Positions 1-9,425 of a stretch of DNA of 64,000 bases are shown one piece after another. The stretch lies in assembly GCA_965242865.1 (NCBI GenBank), contig CBDETK010000013.1:3584001-3648000 (forward strand), in the 5' to 3' direction. The stretch is from Candidatus Latescibacterota bacterium. Lineage in GTDB: Bacteria > Latescibacterota > UBA2968 > UBA8231. Each line of letters begins with the position of its first letter. The first letter of the stretch is position 1. The translations under genes were made by a program, and so were the position numbers. The notes below the pieces were generated by a model. That model made no database searches and was not told the origin of the DNA. It worked only from the letters and a program-made list of their open reading frames with translations.

Positions 1-240
1 GATCACCTCGCTTCCAAAGCAGACCTTGCTGAGTTGAGAGCGATCCTAAAGGACGATATTGCGCGAATTGAGAGCGAGTTCAAAGATGACATTGCGCGTG
101 TCGAGAGCAATGTCAAGAATGATATTGCGCGATTACAGGCCGAGATTGCCGAACTCAAGGGCAGTATCAAGGTGCTGCTCGTAGTGATGACTTCCGGTTT
201 AGCTCTACTCAATATCGTTTTGCGGTTCTGGCCCACCTAA
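1..240 (+). CDS. C-terminal part of coiled-coil repeat membrane-anchored protein (DUF1640/Bdr-like), 5' truncated
   Basis: Frame open from base 1 (DHLASKADLAEL...). Three 11-aa repeats K[DN]DIAR followed by a C-terminal hydrophobic helix. Confidence 0.6.
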   Translation, partial: DHLASKADLAELRAILKDDIARIESEFKDDIARVESNVKNDIARLQAEIAELKGSIKVLLVVMTSGLALLNIVLRFWPT

Positions 241-264
241 CGGAAGCGGGACGCTAGGCATGAG

Positions 265-302
265 AAGGCCCCACCGAGCGCAGCTTATCGGTGGGGCTTT
301 TT
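265..302 (+). terminator. Rho-independent terminator
   Basis: Stem AAGGCCCCACCGA / TCGGTGGGGCTTT followed by a T-run, between convergent genes. Confidence 0.7.
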
Positions 303-364
303 ATGACGCGGCCGCCGGTTGAGCAGTTCGCGCTGACGGCATCCACACTCCTGCCGCTCACCTG

Positions 365-1516
365 TTAGACCGCGTCTTGACGCCCCCAAAAAAGGGGCAG
401 CGGACACCACTGTTCGAGGGGAGCCGCGGCCGCAGGCAAGGGCATCACGAGCGTCGGTGGCAGGGAGCCGCAGAGCAGGCGCATGGCGGTGAAGGCGTCG
501 AGCTGCAGCGCGGGCGCGGCGTCGGTGCGCACGCACTGGGCGGCACCGCCTCGCACCGCCAGCTCGACCCGGCCGTATCCCGCAATCTCTACGACGACTG
601 CGCCGTCCAGCAGGGGCGCCAGCGCGGCGCGCGTCTTGAGCAAGGCGTTGAGCGTCGTCTCCCAATCAAAAATCTGCCAGTTGCCCGAACACGATGCGCT
701 CGCGCCTTCGCAGAGCTGGGCCAGCTTGGGCAAGAGGCGACTCCAAGGCGGCAGCTCAAAGCAGGTACTCCCGTGCTGCTGCACCCAAGCAGCGGCCAGA
801 GCCAATTCGGGCTCGCCCTCGTGGACCGCCAACAGTTCGGTGACGCACGTCCGGTCGGCTTGGGCCACGAGATAGCCGATCATGCGGCCGTCGCGCGACT
901 GGGCCACGTAGGGCCGGTGCCCCCAACTCAGGAGCAGGTCGTAGAAGCGGGGCGGGGCGCGCACTCCGCGAAACGGCTGGCCGTCGTGGAGGCCAATCGC
1001 CCCTTGCAGGTGCGTGCGGTCCGCGCGCCTGAGTGGGCGAAAGTCAATGCCGCGGTCGGCCGCCCCCAAGGCGTGGCGCACATTCGCCGGGTCCAGCGTG
1101 AGCCGATAATAAACGCCGCATCTTTCGTAGCCGAAGTAGCCGTAGCGCTGGCGCTGGCCCCCCAGCCAAGACAGGTGAAAACCCTCGGCGCGGGCCGCTT
1201 GGACGCAATGGACCATGAGCTTTTGCATGTAGCCGCGGCCGCGCGCATGCGGATGGCAGGAAACGCCGCCAATGCCAGCCACGCGCAACGTGACGCCGCC
1301 CCAGCGGCAGGCGAGGGGGAACAGCCCGACGATGGTGCGGATGCGACCGCCTTCGCACAAGGCAAAGTTCCAGCGCATCTCCTCTTCCCCGCGTCGGTAC
1401 AGGGCCGGCAAAATGGTCTCAAAGTCCCGGGGCGGTGCTTTGCCAAAGGCGAGGTTGAGGACGTCGAGGGCTTCCTCAAAGTCTGCGGCGCCCAGCTGGC
1501 GGATGGCGATCGTCAC
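365..1516 (-). CDS. GNAT (Eis-like) N-acetyltransferase
   Basis: VAGIGGVSCHPHARGRGYM acetyl-CoA motif, RYGYFGYE, SCP2-like C-terminus. GTG start overlaps the msrA stop (GTGA). Confidence 0.8.
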   Translation of the reverse strand: MTIAIRQLGAADFEEALDVLNLAFGKAPPRDFETILPALYRRGEEEMRWNFALCEGGRIRTIVGLFPLACRWGGVTLRVAGIGGVSCHPHARGRGYMQKLMVHCVQAARAEGFHLSWLGGQRQRYGYFGYERCGVYYRLTLDPANVRHALGAADRGIDFRPLRRADRTHLQGAIGLHDGQPFRGVRAPPRFYDLLLSWGHRPYVAQSRDGRMIGYLVAQADRTCVTELLAVHEGEPELALAAAWVQQHGSTCFELPPWSRLLPKLAQLCEGASASCSGNWQIFDWETTLNALLKTRAALAPLLDGAVVVEIAGYGRVELAVRGGAAQCVRTDAAPALQLDAFTAMRLLCGSLPPTLVMPLPAAAAPLEQWCPLPLFWGRQDAV

Positions 1517-2052
1517 GTCGGCTGGAGTTGCTCGGCAAACTGCCGGCGGAACGCCCGCATCTTGGGATCGATAACCACCGCGCAATAGGGCTGGTTGGGG
1601 TTGCGCCGATAGTAGTTTTGATGGTACGACTCGGCCGGCCAAAAGGGGCGGGCGGGCGCGATCTCGGTCACAATCGGATCGGCCCAAAGGTCGCTCTCGT
1701 CCGCAGCGGCTTTGGAGGCTGTAGCCTGCGCGTGTTGCTCGGGGCTGTGATAGAAAATCACCGAGCGGTACTGGGTGCCGCAGTCCGCGCCTTGGCGGTT
1801 GAGCGTGGTGGGGTCGTGGGTGCGCCAGAATACGTAAAGCAAGTCGGCAAAGCGAATGACCTCCGGGTCGAATTGCAGTTGGACGACCTCGGCGTGGTCG
1901 GTCTGGCCGCTGCAAACGGCTTCGTAGGTGGGATGCTCCAACGCGCCGCCCATATAGCCGGAGACCGCGCTTTCGACTCCTCGCAGGTCTTGGTATATGG
2001 CTTCGACGCACCAGAAACAACCCGCGCCCAAGGTGGCAGTTTCCCAATTCAT
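1513..2052 (-). CDS. msrA: Peptide-methionine (S)-S-oxide reductase
   Basis: GCFWC, HDPTTLNRQG, QYRSVIFY, AESYHQNYY. ATG at 2052. Confidence 0.95.
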   Translation of the reverse strand: MNWETATLGAGCFWCVEAIYQDLRGVESAVSGYMGGALEHPTYEAVCSGQTDHAEVVQLQFDPEVIRFADLLYVFWRTHDPTTLNRQGADCGTQYRSVIFYHSPEQHAQATASKAAADESDLWADPIVTEIAPARPFWPAESYHQNYYRRNPNQPYCAVVIDPKMRAFRRQFAEQLQPT

Positions 2053-2163
2053 CTGGCGTCCTCCATCCACCCTGTAAGGTAGGAATCCCGGCGGCCTCCG
2101 GCAACGCGCCCGCTTGACCGGCGCGGGCAGTCGCTTACCTTGAAGCGCAGAAAGGAGACTAAC

Positions 2164-3087
2164 ATGTTGTGCAGAGCATTTGGCCGGACGGGCTGGCAGG
2201 TCTCGGCCATCGGTTTGGGAACTTGGAACATCGGCAACCAATGGGGCGCCGTTGACGAAGCCACCGCTTGGAGCACCGTGCGCACGGCCTTTGACTGCGG
2301 CGTCAATCTCTTCGACGCGGCCGAGTCCTACGGCACGCCCAACGGGCTGTCTGAGGAGCGGTTGGGGCGCGCCTTGGCCGGCATCCGGCACCAAGTTCTC
2401 GTAGTCAGCAAAATCGGCAATTGGGGCGCTCGCACCGGGCAGGGCGTACCCAAAACCACGGTCGACATGATCCGCCTGTGTGCCCACGCCTCCCTGCACC
2501 GGCTGCGCACGGACTGGCACGACGTGCTGTTGTGTCACGAAGGCCACATCGCCGACCCGTCGATCTACTTGGACGCCTTTGCCGCGCTGGTCGAGGAAGG
2601 GCGGTTGCGGGCCTTCGGCATCTCGACCGACAGCCTAGCCGTGCTCCAGCGCTTCAACGCGCACGGCGACTGCTCGGTGGTGGAGGTGGATTACTCGTTG
2701 ATCAACCGCCAGCCCGAAGCCGAGTTTTTGCCCTATTGCCAAGAGCAGGGCATTGCCGTGCTGGTGAGGGGGCCGCTGGCCAAGGGGCTTTTGTCTGGGC
2801 ACTACACCAAGGAGTCGGTTTTTACCGACGAAGTGCGGCAACCCTTCAACGCGGGCGCGGCGCAACGCCCCGAATTCGAGGCCAATTTGGCGCAAGTCGA
2901 GCGTCTGGCCGAGGTCGTCGCGCCCGGAGCGGCCATGGTCGAGAAGGCCCTCCAGTACGTCATTTCCCATCCGGCCGCGCCCGTGGCCATCCCCGGCGCC
3001 AAGTCGGCCGCCCAAGCCCGCGCCAACGCCGCGGCTGGCACCCAGCTGTTGCCCGCCGACGAGTTGGAGCGGCTGCGAGGCGATTGA
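2164..3087 (+). CDS. Aldo/keto reductase
   Basis: VSAIGLGTW, FDAAESYG, SEERLG, VSKIG, AIPGAKS. RBS AAGGAG. Confidence 0.9.
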   Translation: MLCRAFGRTGWQVSAIGLGTWNIGNQWGAVDEATAWSTVRTAFDCGVNLFDAAESYGTPNGLSEERLGRALAGIRHQVLVVSKIGNWGARTGQGVPKTTVDMIRLCAHASLHRLRTDWHDVLLCHEGHIADPSIYLDAFAALVEEGRLRAFGISTDSLAVLQRFNAHGDCSVVEVDYSLINRQPEAEFLPYCQEQGIAVLVRGPLAKGLLSGHYTKESVFTDEVRQPFNAGAAQRPEFEANLAQVERLAEVVAPGAAMVEKALQYVISHPAAPVAIPGAKSAAQARANAAAGTQLLPADELERLRGD

Positions 3088-3112
3088 TCCCTAAATGAAA
3101 GAGGAGAGTCCC

Positions 3113-3973
3113 ATGACCTTAGTAGGCAGCGGAGCATTCACTTATGCAGTGCAGCAGGATTGGTTTGAGTTGCCGGAGGGCTGGTGCTTTGGCTGGGTTC
3201 CGGCCGTGGCCTGCGACTCCGAGGATCGGGTCTATGTGTACAGCCGCAGCGAGCATCCCATGGTCGTCTTCGACCGCGACGGGCACTTTGTCGCCTCCTG
3301 GGGCGACGAGGTGCTAAAGGACGCCCACGGCATCTTTATCGACGACCGCGACCAAGTCTGGTGCGTCGAGCGCGAAACCCACTGCGTGCGCCAGTTCACC
3401 CGCGATGGCGAGCTGCTGATGACCTTGGGGACGCCCGGCCAAGAAGGCGCCGACGGCCAGCCCTTCCGGCTGCCGACCGACTTGGCGCTCGATGCCGACG
3501 GCTGCATCTACGTATCCGACGGCTACGGCAACGCCTGCATCCACAAGTATTCACCCGCCGGCGACTGGATCAAGACCTGGGGCCGCCCGGGCACCGGCCC
3601 GGGGGAGTTCGATTTGCCCCACTGCGTGCGCGTAGATAGGCGCGGGCGGCTGATGGTGGCCGACCGCGCCAACAATCGCATCCAGTTCTTCGACCTCGAC
3701 GGCAACTACCTAGCCGAGTGGGGCGGTTTTCACCACCCCGATACGATCTTCCTCAACGGGGACACAGTCTATGTCGCCGAGCTCGACCAACGGGTGAGCA
3801 TCCTCAATCTCGACGGCGACTGGCTCGCCCAGTGGGGCTCGGGCGAGCGCAACGACCGCCCTGGGGAATTCCTCGGCTGCCCCCACGGGATATGGATGGA
3901 CTCCCGCGGCGACCTCTACGTCGGCGAAGTGCAGGCCGACCACCGCATCCAGAAGTTCGTGCGGCAGCCCTAG
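3113..3973 (+). CDS. NHL-repeat beta-propeller (peptidyl-alpha-hydroxyglycine amidating lyase-like)
   Basis: Repeats FRLPTDLALD, YVSDGYGN, GEFDLPH, VADRANNRIQFF, PHGIWMDSRGDLYVGE. Confidence 0.85.
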   Translation: MTLVGSGAFTYAVQQDWFELPEGWCFGWVPAVACDSEDRVYVYSRSEHPMVVFDRDGHFVASWGDEVLKDAHGIFIDDRDQVWCVERETHCVRQFTRDGELLMTLGTPGQEGADGQPFRLPTDLALDADGCIYVSDGYGNACIHKYSPAGDWIKTWGRPGTGPGEFDLPHCVRVDRRGRLMVADRANNRIQFFDLDGNYLAEWGGFHHPDTIFLNGDTVYVAELDQRVSILNLDGDWLAQWGSGERNDRPGEFLGCPHGIWMDSRGDLYVGEVQADHRIQKFVRQP

Positions 3974-4042
3974 CAGCGGTTGAGCCGCCGAGCTTCCACA
4001 CTTTACTTTGATTGCTTTCTGATATTCCCGACGCGTCTAGTG

Positions 4043-4065
4043 TCGAGGACGGGACGCCCTCGATA
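4043..4065. repeat. REP-like palindrome, family A (ATCGAGGGCGTCCCGYCCTC)
   Basis: Similar copies at 28418-28467 and 31324-31349, all intergenic. Confidence 0.6.
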
Positions 4066-4115
4066 CTTGGAAGGCGGGTCGCCGGGGTCGTATAGAAGGG
4101 GGAACAGACTAATCA

Positions 4116-5516
4116 CTATCCTCGATCTACGAACTGTTTACCGTCTATCTCGTATTGCTTGAGCTTCCGCTGTAGATTTCTGCGGGTCAATTGTATCGCC
4201 GTCGCGGTCTGGCTTACGTTGCCGTTGCCCCTTTCTAAGGCGCGGCGGATAAAGATCCGCTCAAACTGCTCGCGCGCCTCGTGGAAGTGCTGCTGCGGAA
4301 TATCGTAGTGCGAATCCTCGTCGCCATAGAGCTGTGCCGCGTCACCGGCCAAGGATGGGGGCAGATATTCGAGTTTGATCGCGTCGCCTTTGGCCACGGT
4401 CATCGCCCGCATGATCGCGTTTTCCAATTCGCGCACATTGCCGGGCCAGTTGTGTTCCTCCAAACGCTGCATGGCCTCGCTGGTAAACCCCTCAATGCGC
4501 TTGCCCAGCACTCCGTTGTAGCGGTTGACGAAGAAGGCGCACAAGAGCGGCAGGTCGCTCGTGCGATCCCGCAGCGGCGGGATTTCAATGGTCAGCGCGT
4601 TGATGCGGAAGTAGAGATCTTCGCGGAAAAGGCCCTCCGCAATGCGGGCTTCGAGGTTTTGGTGGGTGGCGGTGATCAGGCGCACATCCACTTGCCGGGT
4701 CTGTGTCGATCCCACCGGCTCAAACTCCCCTTCTTGGAGCACGCGCAAGAGCCGAATCTGCATATTGGTTTCGAGGTCGCCGATCTCGTCGAGGAGCAAG
4801 GTGCCGCCGTCGGCCTCGGCAAAACGACCGGCGCGGCCGCGGACCGCTCCGGTAAAGGCTCCCTTGACGTGGCCGAAAAGTTCGCTCTCCAGCACGCCCG
4901 GCGACAAGGCGGCGCAGTTGCAGCGCACAAAAGGCTTGTCCGCCCGGTCGCTGGTGCTGTGGATGGCGTTGGCAACCAGCTCCTTGCCGGTCCCGCTCTC
5001 GCCCCGGAGCAGGACAGTGACCGGCGTGGGTGCCACGTCCCGGATGAGCTGGTAGAGCTGTCTCATGCTCTCGCTCCGGCCCACTAAATTGCCGAACTCG
5101 CCCCGTTGCCCCTGCCGCAGGGCCTCGTTTTCGCGGCGCAGCACCTGCAACTCCAAGATGCGATCGAGATGCGCCAGCACTTCCCCGATGTCAAAGGGCT
5201 TGGACAGATAGCCGTAGGCCCCGAGCTTGACGGCTTTTACCGCGCTTTCCACGTCGGCATAGGCCGTCAAGATGACGACCTCTTCGCGGCGTTGCTGCTT
5301 TTTGAAGATCTCCAAGAAGCCGAGCCCATCCATGCCCGGCATCCTCAAATCGAGGAGGATGAGATCGAATTCCTCGTTGTTCAGTAGCGTTAGGGCCGCC
5401 TTTCCACTGACGCAGGTAGCAACCTCCAAGCCCTCGCGGCGCAACAGAATGGCCGATAAATCCAGCAAGTCCCGCTCGTCGTCTATCATGAGTATCCTGC
5501 CCTTGCGTTTGCCCAT
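4116..5516 (-). CDS. Sigma54-dependent response regulator (NtrC family bEBP)
   Basis: Receiver domain (LLDLRMP), GESGTGKE, GAFTGA, LDEIG, WPGNVRELEN, Fis-type HTH. Confidence 0.95.
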   Translation of the reverse strand: MGKRKGRILMIDDERDLLDLSAILLRREGLEVATCVSGKAALTLLNNEEFDLILLDLRMPGMDGLGFLEIFKKQQRREEVVILTAYADVESAVKAVKLGAYGYLSKPFDIGEVLAHLDRILELQVLRRENEALRQGQRGEFGNLVGRSESMRQLYQLIRDVAPTPVTVLLRGESGTGKELVANAIHSTSDRADKPFVRCNCAALSPGVLESELFGHVKGAFTGAVRGRAGRFAEADGGTLLLDEIGDLETNMQIRLLRVLQEGEFEPVGSTQTRQVDVRLITATHQNLEARIAEGLFREDLYFRINALTIEIPPLRDRTSDLPLLCAFFVNRYNGVLGKRIEGFTSEAMQRLEEHNWPGNVRELENAIMRAMTVAKGDAIKLEYLPPSLAGDAAQLYGDEDSHYDIPQQHFHEAREQFERIFIRRALERGNGNVSQTATAIQLTRRNLQRKLKQYEIDGKQFVDRG

Positions 5517-5517
5517 G

Positions 5518-7662
5518 TCAATCGTTCCTCTCAGAGTTCGTGGTTAGTGGCCGCTGGCCGCTGCTTATTGTCGTAGGTAGATGGAGCGAAAAGTGCGTAC
5601 CTCGACCGGGGACGCTTTCGACCTCAATCCGACCGCCGATTTCCCGTATTTGCCGGTGGGCGATGGCCAACCCCAGTCCGGTGCCCTGCCCCGGCGGTTT
5701 GGTCGAGTAAAACGGCTCAAATATGTGCCGGATATGCGCTTGGGGAATGCCCGTACCGGTATCGTCGATCCCCACCACCACCCAATCATCCCGCTGCTCG
5801 GCCAAAATTAGCAGCTTGCCGCCCTCGGGCATGGCCGCAAAGGCATTGCTGATCAGGTTGAGAAACACATCCTTGAGCATGTCCCGATTCACCCACACTT
5901 GCGGCACCTCGTGCAGCCGGGCCTCAATGGCTATGCCGAGGTGATCGGCGTGTTTTTGTTCGAGGTCGATCAGTTGCCGTAGGATGCCCGCGGGGTCAAC
6001 CCACTCCTGCGTCTGCTGGGCGGGTCGGGCAAAGTCGAGCAGATTGACTACTCGTTCGTCGATCCGGCCGATAGCCGCGCCGAGGGGCCGGAGCGCTTGG
6101 TCCCGCCCCTCCACTTCCGCCGGGACAATCTGCGCCAACAACTCGTAGGCGTGCCGGATGATCGCCAGCGGGTTCTTGATCTCGTGCGCCACGCCCGCGG
6201 CCATCTCGCCGAGGGAGGCCAGCTTCTCGGACTGGACGTAGTGGAGCTCCAGCAGCTTGTGCTGGGTCTGGTCGTCGATCACCAGCAATAGATGCCCCGG
6301 CAAGGCCCCGGCCAAGTCCACGACCTTCAGGTTCCAAAACCGGGTGCCGCCTTGGGGGGACTTGATCTCCAAGTTGTCGATCGGCCGCGCCTTGGGGTTG
6401 CTTTTGATCCAGTCCCAAAGCTGCTGGCCCTCGGCCGTGTGTTCCCAAGAGCCAGCCTCGTCTTCGCCAAAGAGTTGGTGCCAAGCCTTGTTCACCCGCA
6501 CGGTTCGCCACGGCTGGGCCACCACCGCGAGGGCGAGGGGATTGTCCTCAATCAGCCGGTCGTTGAAGTTCAACTCGGCTTCCAGCGCGGCCTTGCGGGT
6601 TTCGAGGGCTTGGTTCATTTCGGTGAACGCCTGCCCCAGCTCCCACAGTTCGTCCTTTATGGCCGGCAGCTCCAGTGCAAACTCCTCGCCGGCCTGCGCG
6701 GCTCGCACCGCCTGCATCAGGCGATTGATGGGCCGAGTGATCGACCGCAGCAACAACAAGCCTAGCAAAATGGCCCCCGCGACCGAGGCGACCGTGATCC
6801 AGTTGGCACGGTGCTGCATCATCGCCACCAGCCCGAACGCCTCGCGTGCCTCCTGCTGTACCACCACGGTCCAGCCCCAGTCCGCAATGTACGCAAAGCC
6901 CGCTACCCACTCGCGTCCGTCTATGTCGCGCCATTGCCGGGTGCCATTGCCGCTTAGACGGGGCACGAATTGCGGATGGGTGGCGTCGAGATACACGTCT
7001 TGGCGCGCGGGAAAGGCGATATAGTGGCCCCGTGCGTCCAACAGCACCCCGCGGCCGGTATCGCCCAGCCGAATTTGGTCCACCTGCTGCCAGATTTCGT
7101 ACAGGGCAAACCGGGTGATCAAGGCACCGACCACTTGGTCGCCCTCTTTGACCGCCAAGCCAATAAACAGGCTCGGTTGCCCTTCGCGCTGGACCACTTC
7201 CGAAGCGTAGAATTTCTCTCGCTTCACCTGCGCCCACAGCACCCGGGCATGGGGCAGGTAATTGGGCGGCAGCCGATCGCCGCGCTGGAGTGGGGCTTGG
7301 ACATCGAGCACATTGGTGGCTTGGATTGTGCCGGCCGTATCCACGAAGCAGAGTTCGGCTACCGCGCCCAATTCCAACCCGACCTGACTCAACAGGCTCT
7401 GCCGACGCCAAGGGTCGCGGACCACATTCATGCTCTGGGCCAGCACCTTGAGGCTGGCGATGGGCTGGTCGAGAAAATGGTGGACCTCCTTGGCCGCCCG
7501 CTGGGCCACCTGCTGATGGGTGTTGAGCACGGCCTGCTCTAGCGCACTGCGCGCCGTGTACACGAGTACGCCGGCCACCAACAGCACGGGCACCAGCCCG
7601 ACGATCAGGTGATTGCCCAGCAGCCGCACCCACAGGCGATGTATGTTGGCGATGAATGTCAT
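5518..7662 (-). CDS. Sensor histidine kinase (Cache, HAMP, PAS-like, HisKA, HATPase)
   Basis: Two TM helices, AHEIKNPL H-box, NLISNA, DTGTGIP, FEPFYSTK, GTGLGL. Confidence 0.93.
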   Translation of the reverse strand: MTFIANIHRLWVRLLGNHLIVGLVPVLLVAGVLVYTARSALEQAVLNTHQQVAQRAAKEVHHFLDQPIASLKVLAQSMNVVRDPWRRQSLLSQVGLELGAVAELCFVDTAGTIQATNVLDVQAPLQRGDRLPPNYLPHARVLWAQVKREKFYASEVVQREGQPSLFIGLAVKEGDQVVGALITRFALYEIWQQVDQIRLGDTGRGVLLDARGHYIAFPARQDVYLDATHPQFVPRLSGNGTRQWRDIDGREWVAGFAYIADWGWTVVVQQEAREAFGLVAMMQHRANWITVASVAGAILLGLLLLRSITRPINRLMQAVRAAQAGEEFALELPAIKDELWELGQAFTEMNQALETRKAALEAELNFNDRLIEDNPLALAVVAQPWRTVRVNKAWHQLFGEDEAGSWEHTAEGQQLWDWIKSNPKARPIDNLEIKSPQGGTRFWNLKVVDLAGALPGHLLLVIDDQTQHKLLELHYVQSEKLASLGEMAAGVAHEIKNPLAIIRHAYELLAQIVPAEVEGRDQALRPLGAAIGRIDERVVNLLDFARPAQQTQEWVDPAGILRQLIDLEQKHADHLGIAIEARLHEVPQVWVNRDMLKDVFLNLISNAFAAMPEGGKLLILAEQRDDWVVVGIDDTGTGIPQAHIRHIFEPFYSTKPPGQGTGLGLAIAHRQIREIGGRIEVESVPGRGTHFSLHLPTTISSGQRPLTTNSERND

Positions 7663-7704
7663 CCTTTTATGATTTCAAAGGGCAACCACGTCATTGATTC
7701 CAAA

Positions 7705-7729
7705 GGGCAACCACGAGGGTTGCCCCTAC
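7705..7729 (-). repeat. GTAG-type REP palindrome (family B) supplying the SBP stop codon
   Basis: GTAGGGGCAACCCTCGTGGTTGCCC, with a partial tandem duplicate at 7670-7690. Confidence 0.6.
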
Positions 7730-9306
7730 GGTGCCCAGTACCATGCGGGCAAACTGCGGAAAATTCCCATTGGCACGACCGATTCCAGGCCCCGCAGCGG
7801 CTGCCGCACCGCGTACATGACCGGCTCTCGACAAATAAAAATGGTGGGATGATCCGTTAGCAGATGGCGATGGATACTCCGGTAGATCGCTATGGACGCG
7901 GCCTCGTCGTAGGCCACCCGACCGGCTTCGATCAGCCGATCCACTTCGGCATTGACATAACCCGACTCATTGCGGGCGTCCTGCGAATGCCATTCAGACG
8001 CGGCTACATCGGGATCGAGGACATTGTATCCTCTCTCCAATACCATGTCGAACCGCGACCTCACGGAAGAGAGCACCTGCAGCGGCGCGGTCTGCATGAG
8101 CAGGTGAATCCCTACTTCTTCCAAGTCTTTCCGCAACTGGGCCGCGATGTCGTGCCGATGCGGCATCTCCTTGGCCATGACCAAGGTCAATTCCAACGCA
8201 TCCCGCTCGCGCAACCCATCCCCGGCCCCATCCACCCAGCCGGCCGCTTGCAGGATGGCCCGGGCGCGCCGCTGGTCTTTGACCGGCGTGGGCACCTGCG
8301 GATCGCCATAGACCGAGCCGGGCGGAAAAGGCCCGGCCACAAAGACCGAGTCCGCCGTTGCTTCCCCGCCGAGTAGGTGCCATATCGCTCGGCGATCAAT
8401 CGCGTAATGGAGCACCGCTCGCACGCGCGGATCGCTCAACACCGATTCCGAGCGACAGTTTAATTTTAAGGCTGCATAGGCCGGACTCGCCCCTTTGAGC
8501 ACCTTGAAGGCCGAGTTGTCGGCGATGCTTTTCAGATCGTCGAGCGCGGCGGACGGGGCCACATCGCTTTCGCCGCGCATAAACGCGGCCCATGCGTAGC
8601 GCGTGTCTGGGTAATCGCCGCGCACCTCCACGGTGTCTAGGTACGGACGCCCCCCGTAATAGCCCTCAAAGGCTACCAACCGCACGTGATCCTCGCCGAC
8701 CCAATTGGCAAAGCGGAACGGCCCCGACCCGATGGGATGCCGATTGAAGGGCAACTCGTCTAGCCCATAGCCGGCCGCCAACTGCGGCTCGACGAGGTGC
8801 TTGGGCAGAATGTGCAACCGCAAGGGCACTAGTGCCGACCCTTGCGGTGGAGCGGCGTAGTGCAGCCGCACAATGTCGTGGCTGAGTGCCTCAATCCGAT
8901 CAAAGCGCAAATCCTCCCCGCGCCGCTGCTCCTTCATCAACTGGAGCGTAAAGACCACGTCCGCAGCCGTCACTGGCCGACCATCGTGGAACTGGGCATC
9001 AGATCGCAGCAAGATGTCCCAAAACTTTTTCCTAGGGCTGAATGGCCAAGCTACGGCCAGGGCCGGGGTAAGCTGACCGGTGGGCTCTTCCGTGAATAGG
9101 CGTTCAAAGAGCAGGTCCAATACCTCCGTGCTCACGGTGTGAGAGGCCGTGAGTGGATTGATCGGCTCCATGCCCCCGGTTGCCCCAATTCGCACCCGGC
9201 CCCCATAGAAAGGCCCATCGCGGTCAGGCGCGCTGCACCCGAGGACGAGCAAAAACGCCCATATCGCGGTTGTGCCTGTGCTTGGGGGCCGGGCTGGCCG
9301 GACCAT
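7726..9306 (-). CDS. ABC transporter substrate-binding lipoprotein, family 5 (oligopeptide/OppA-like)
   Basis: LGC lipobox, FHDGRPVTAADVVFT, PIGSGPFRF, DPRVRAVLHYAIDR. No permease genes adjacent. Confidence 0.88.
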   Translation of the reverse strand: MVRPARPPSTGTTAIWAFLLVLGCSAPDRDGPFYGGRVRIGATGGMEPINPLTASHTVSTEVLDLLFERLFTEEPTGQLTPALAVAWPFSPRKKFWDILLRSDAQFHDGRPVTAADVVFTLQLMKEQRRGEDLRFDRIEALSHDIVRLHYAAPPQGSALVPLRLHILPKHLVEPQLAAGYGLDELPFNRHPIGSGPFRFANWVGEDHVRLVAFEGYYGGRPYLDTVEVRGDYPDTRYAWAAFMRGESDVAPSAALDDLKSIADNSAFKVLKGASPAYAALKLNCRSESVLSDPRVRAVLHYAIDRRAIWHLLGGEATADSVFVAGPFPPGSVYGDPQVPTPVKDQRRARAILQAAGWVDGAGDGLRERDALELTLVMAKEMPHRHDIAAQLRKDLEEVGIHLLMQTAPLQVLSSVRSRFDMVLERGYNVLDPDVAASEWHSQDARNESGYVNAEVDRLIEAGRVAYDEAASIAIYRSIHRHLLTDHPTIFICREPVMYAVRQPLRGLESVVPMGIFRSLPAWYWAP

Positions 9307-9425
9307 TATGCCTCATTTCTGTGACGAGATATACTGAATACCGTCAGATAATAAGGCGCGTCGCTTTAGGACAAAAGCACCGTCTATAAGGCATGGCCCT
9401 TGCTACACGACACTACCCGGCCTTT

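Noticed and set aside
365-2547. Long ORFs 365..2104 and 1513..2547 as fusion proteins
   Set aside because: The extensions overlap msrA and the aldo/keto reductase. Real starts are at 1516 and 2052.
377-9099. Numerous overlapping antisense and alternate-frame ORFs in GC-rich genes
   Set aside because: Shadow ORFs typical of high-GC codon bias, with no motifs or RBS.
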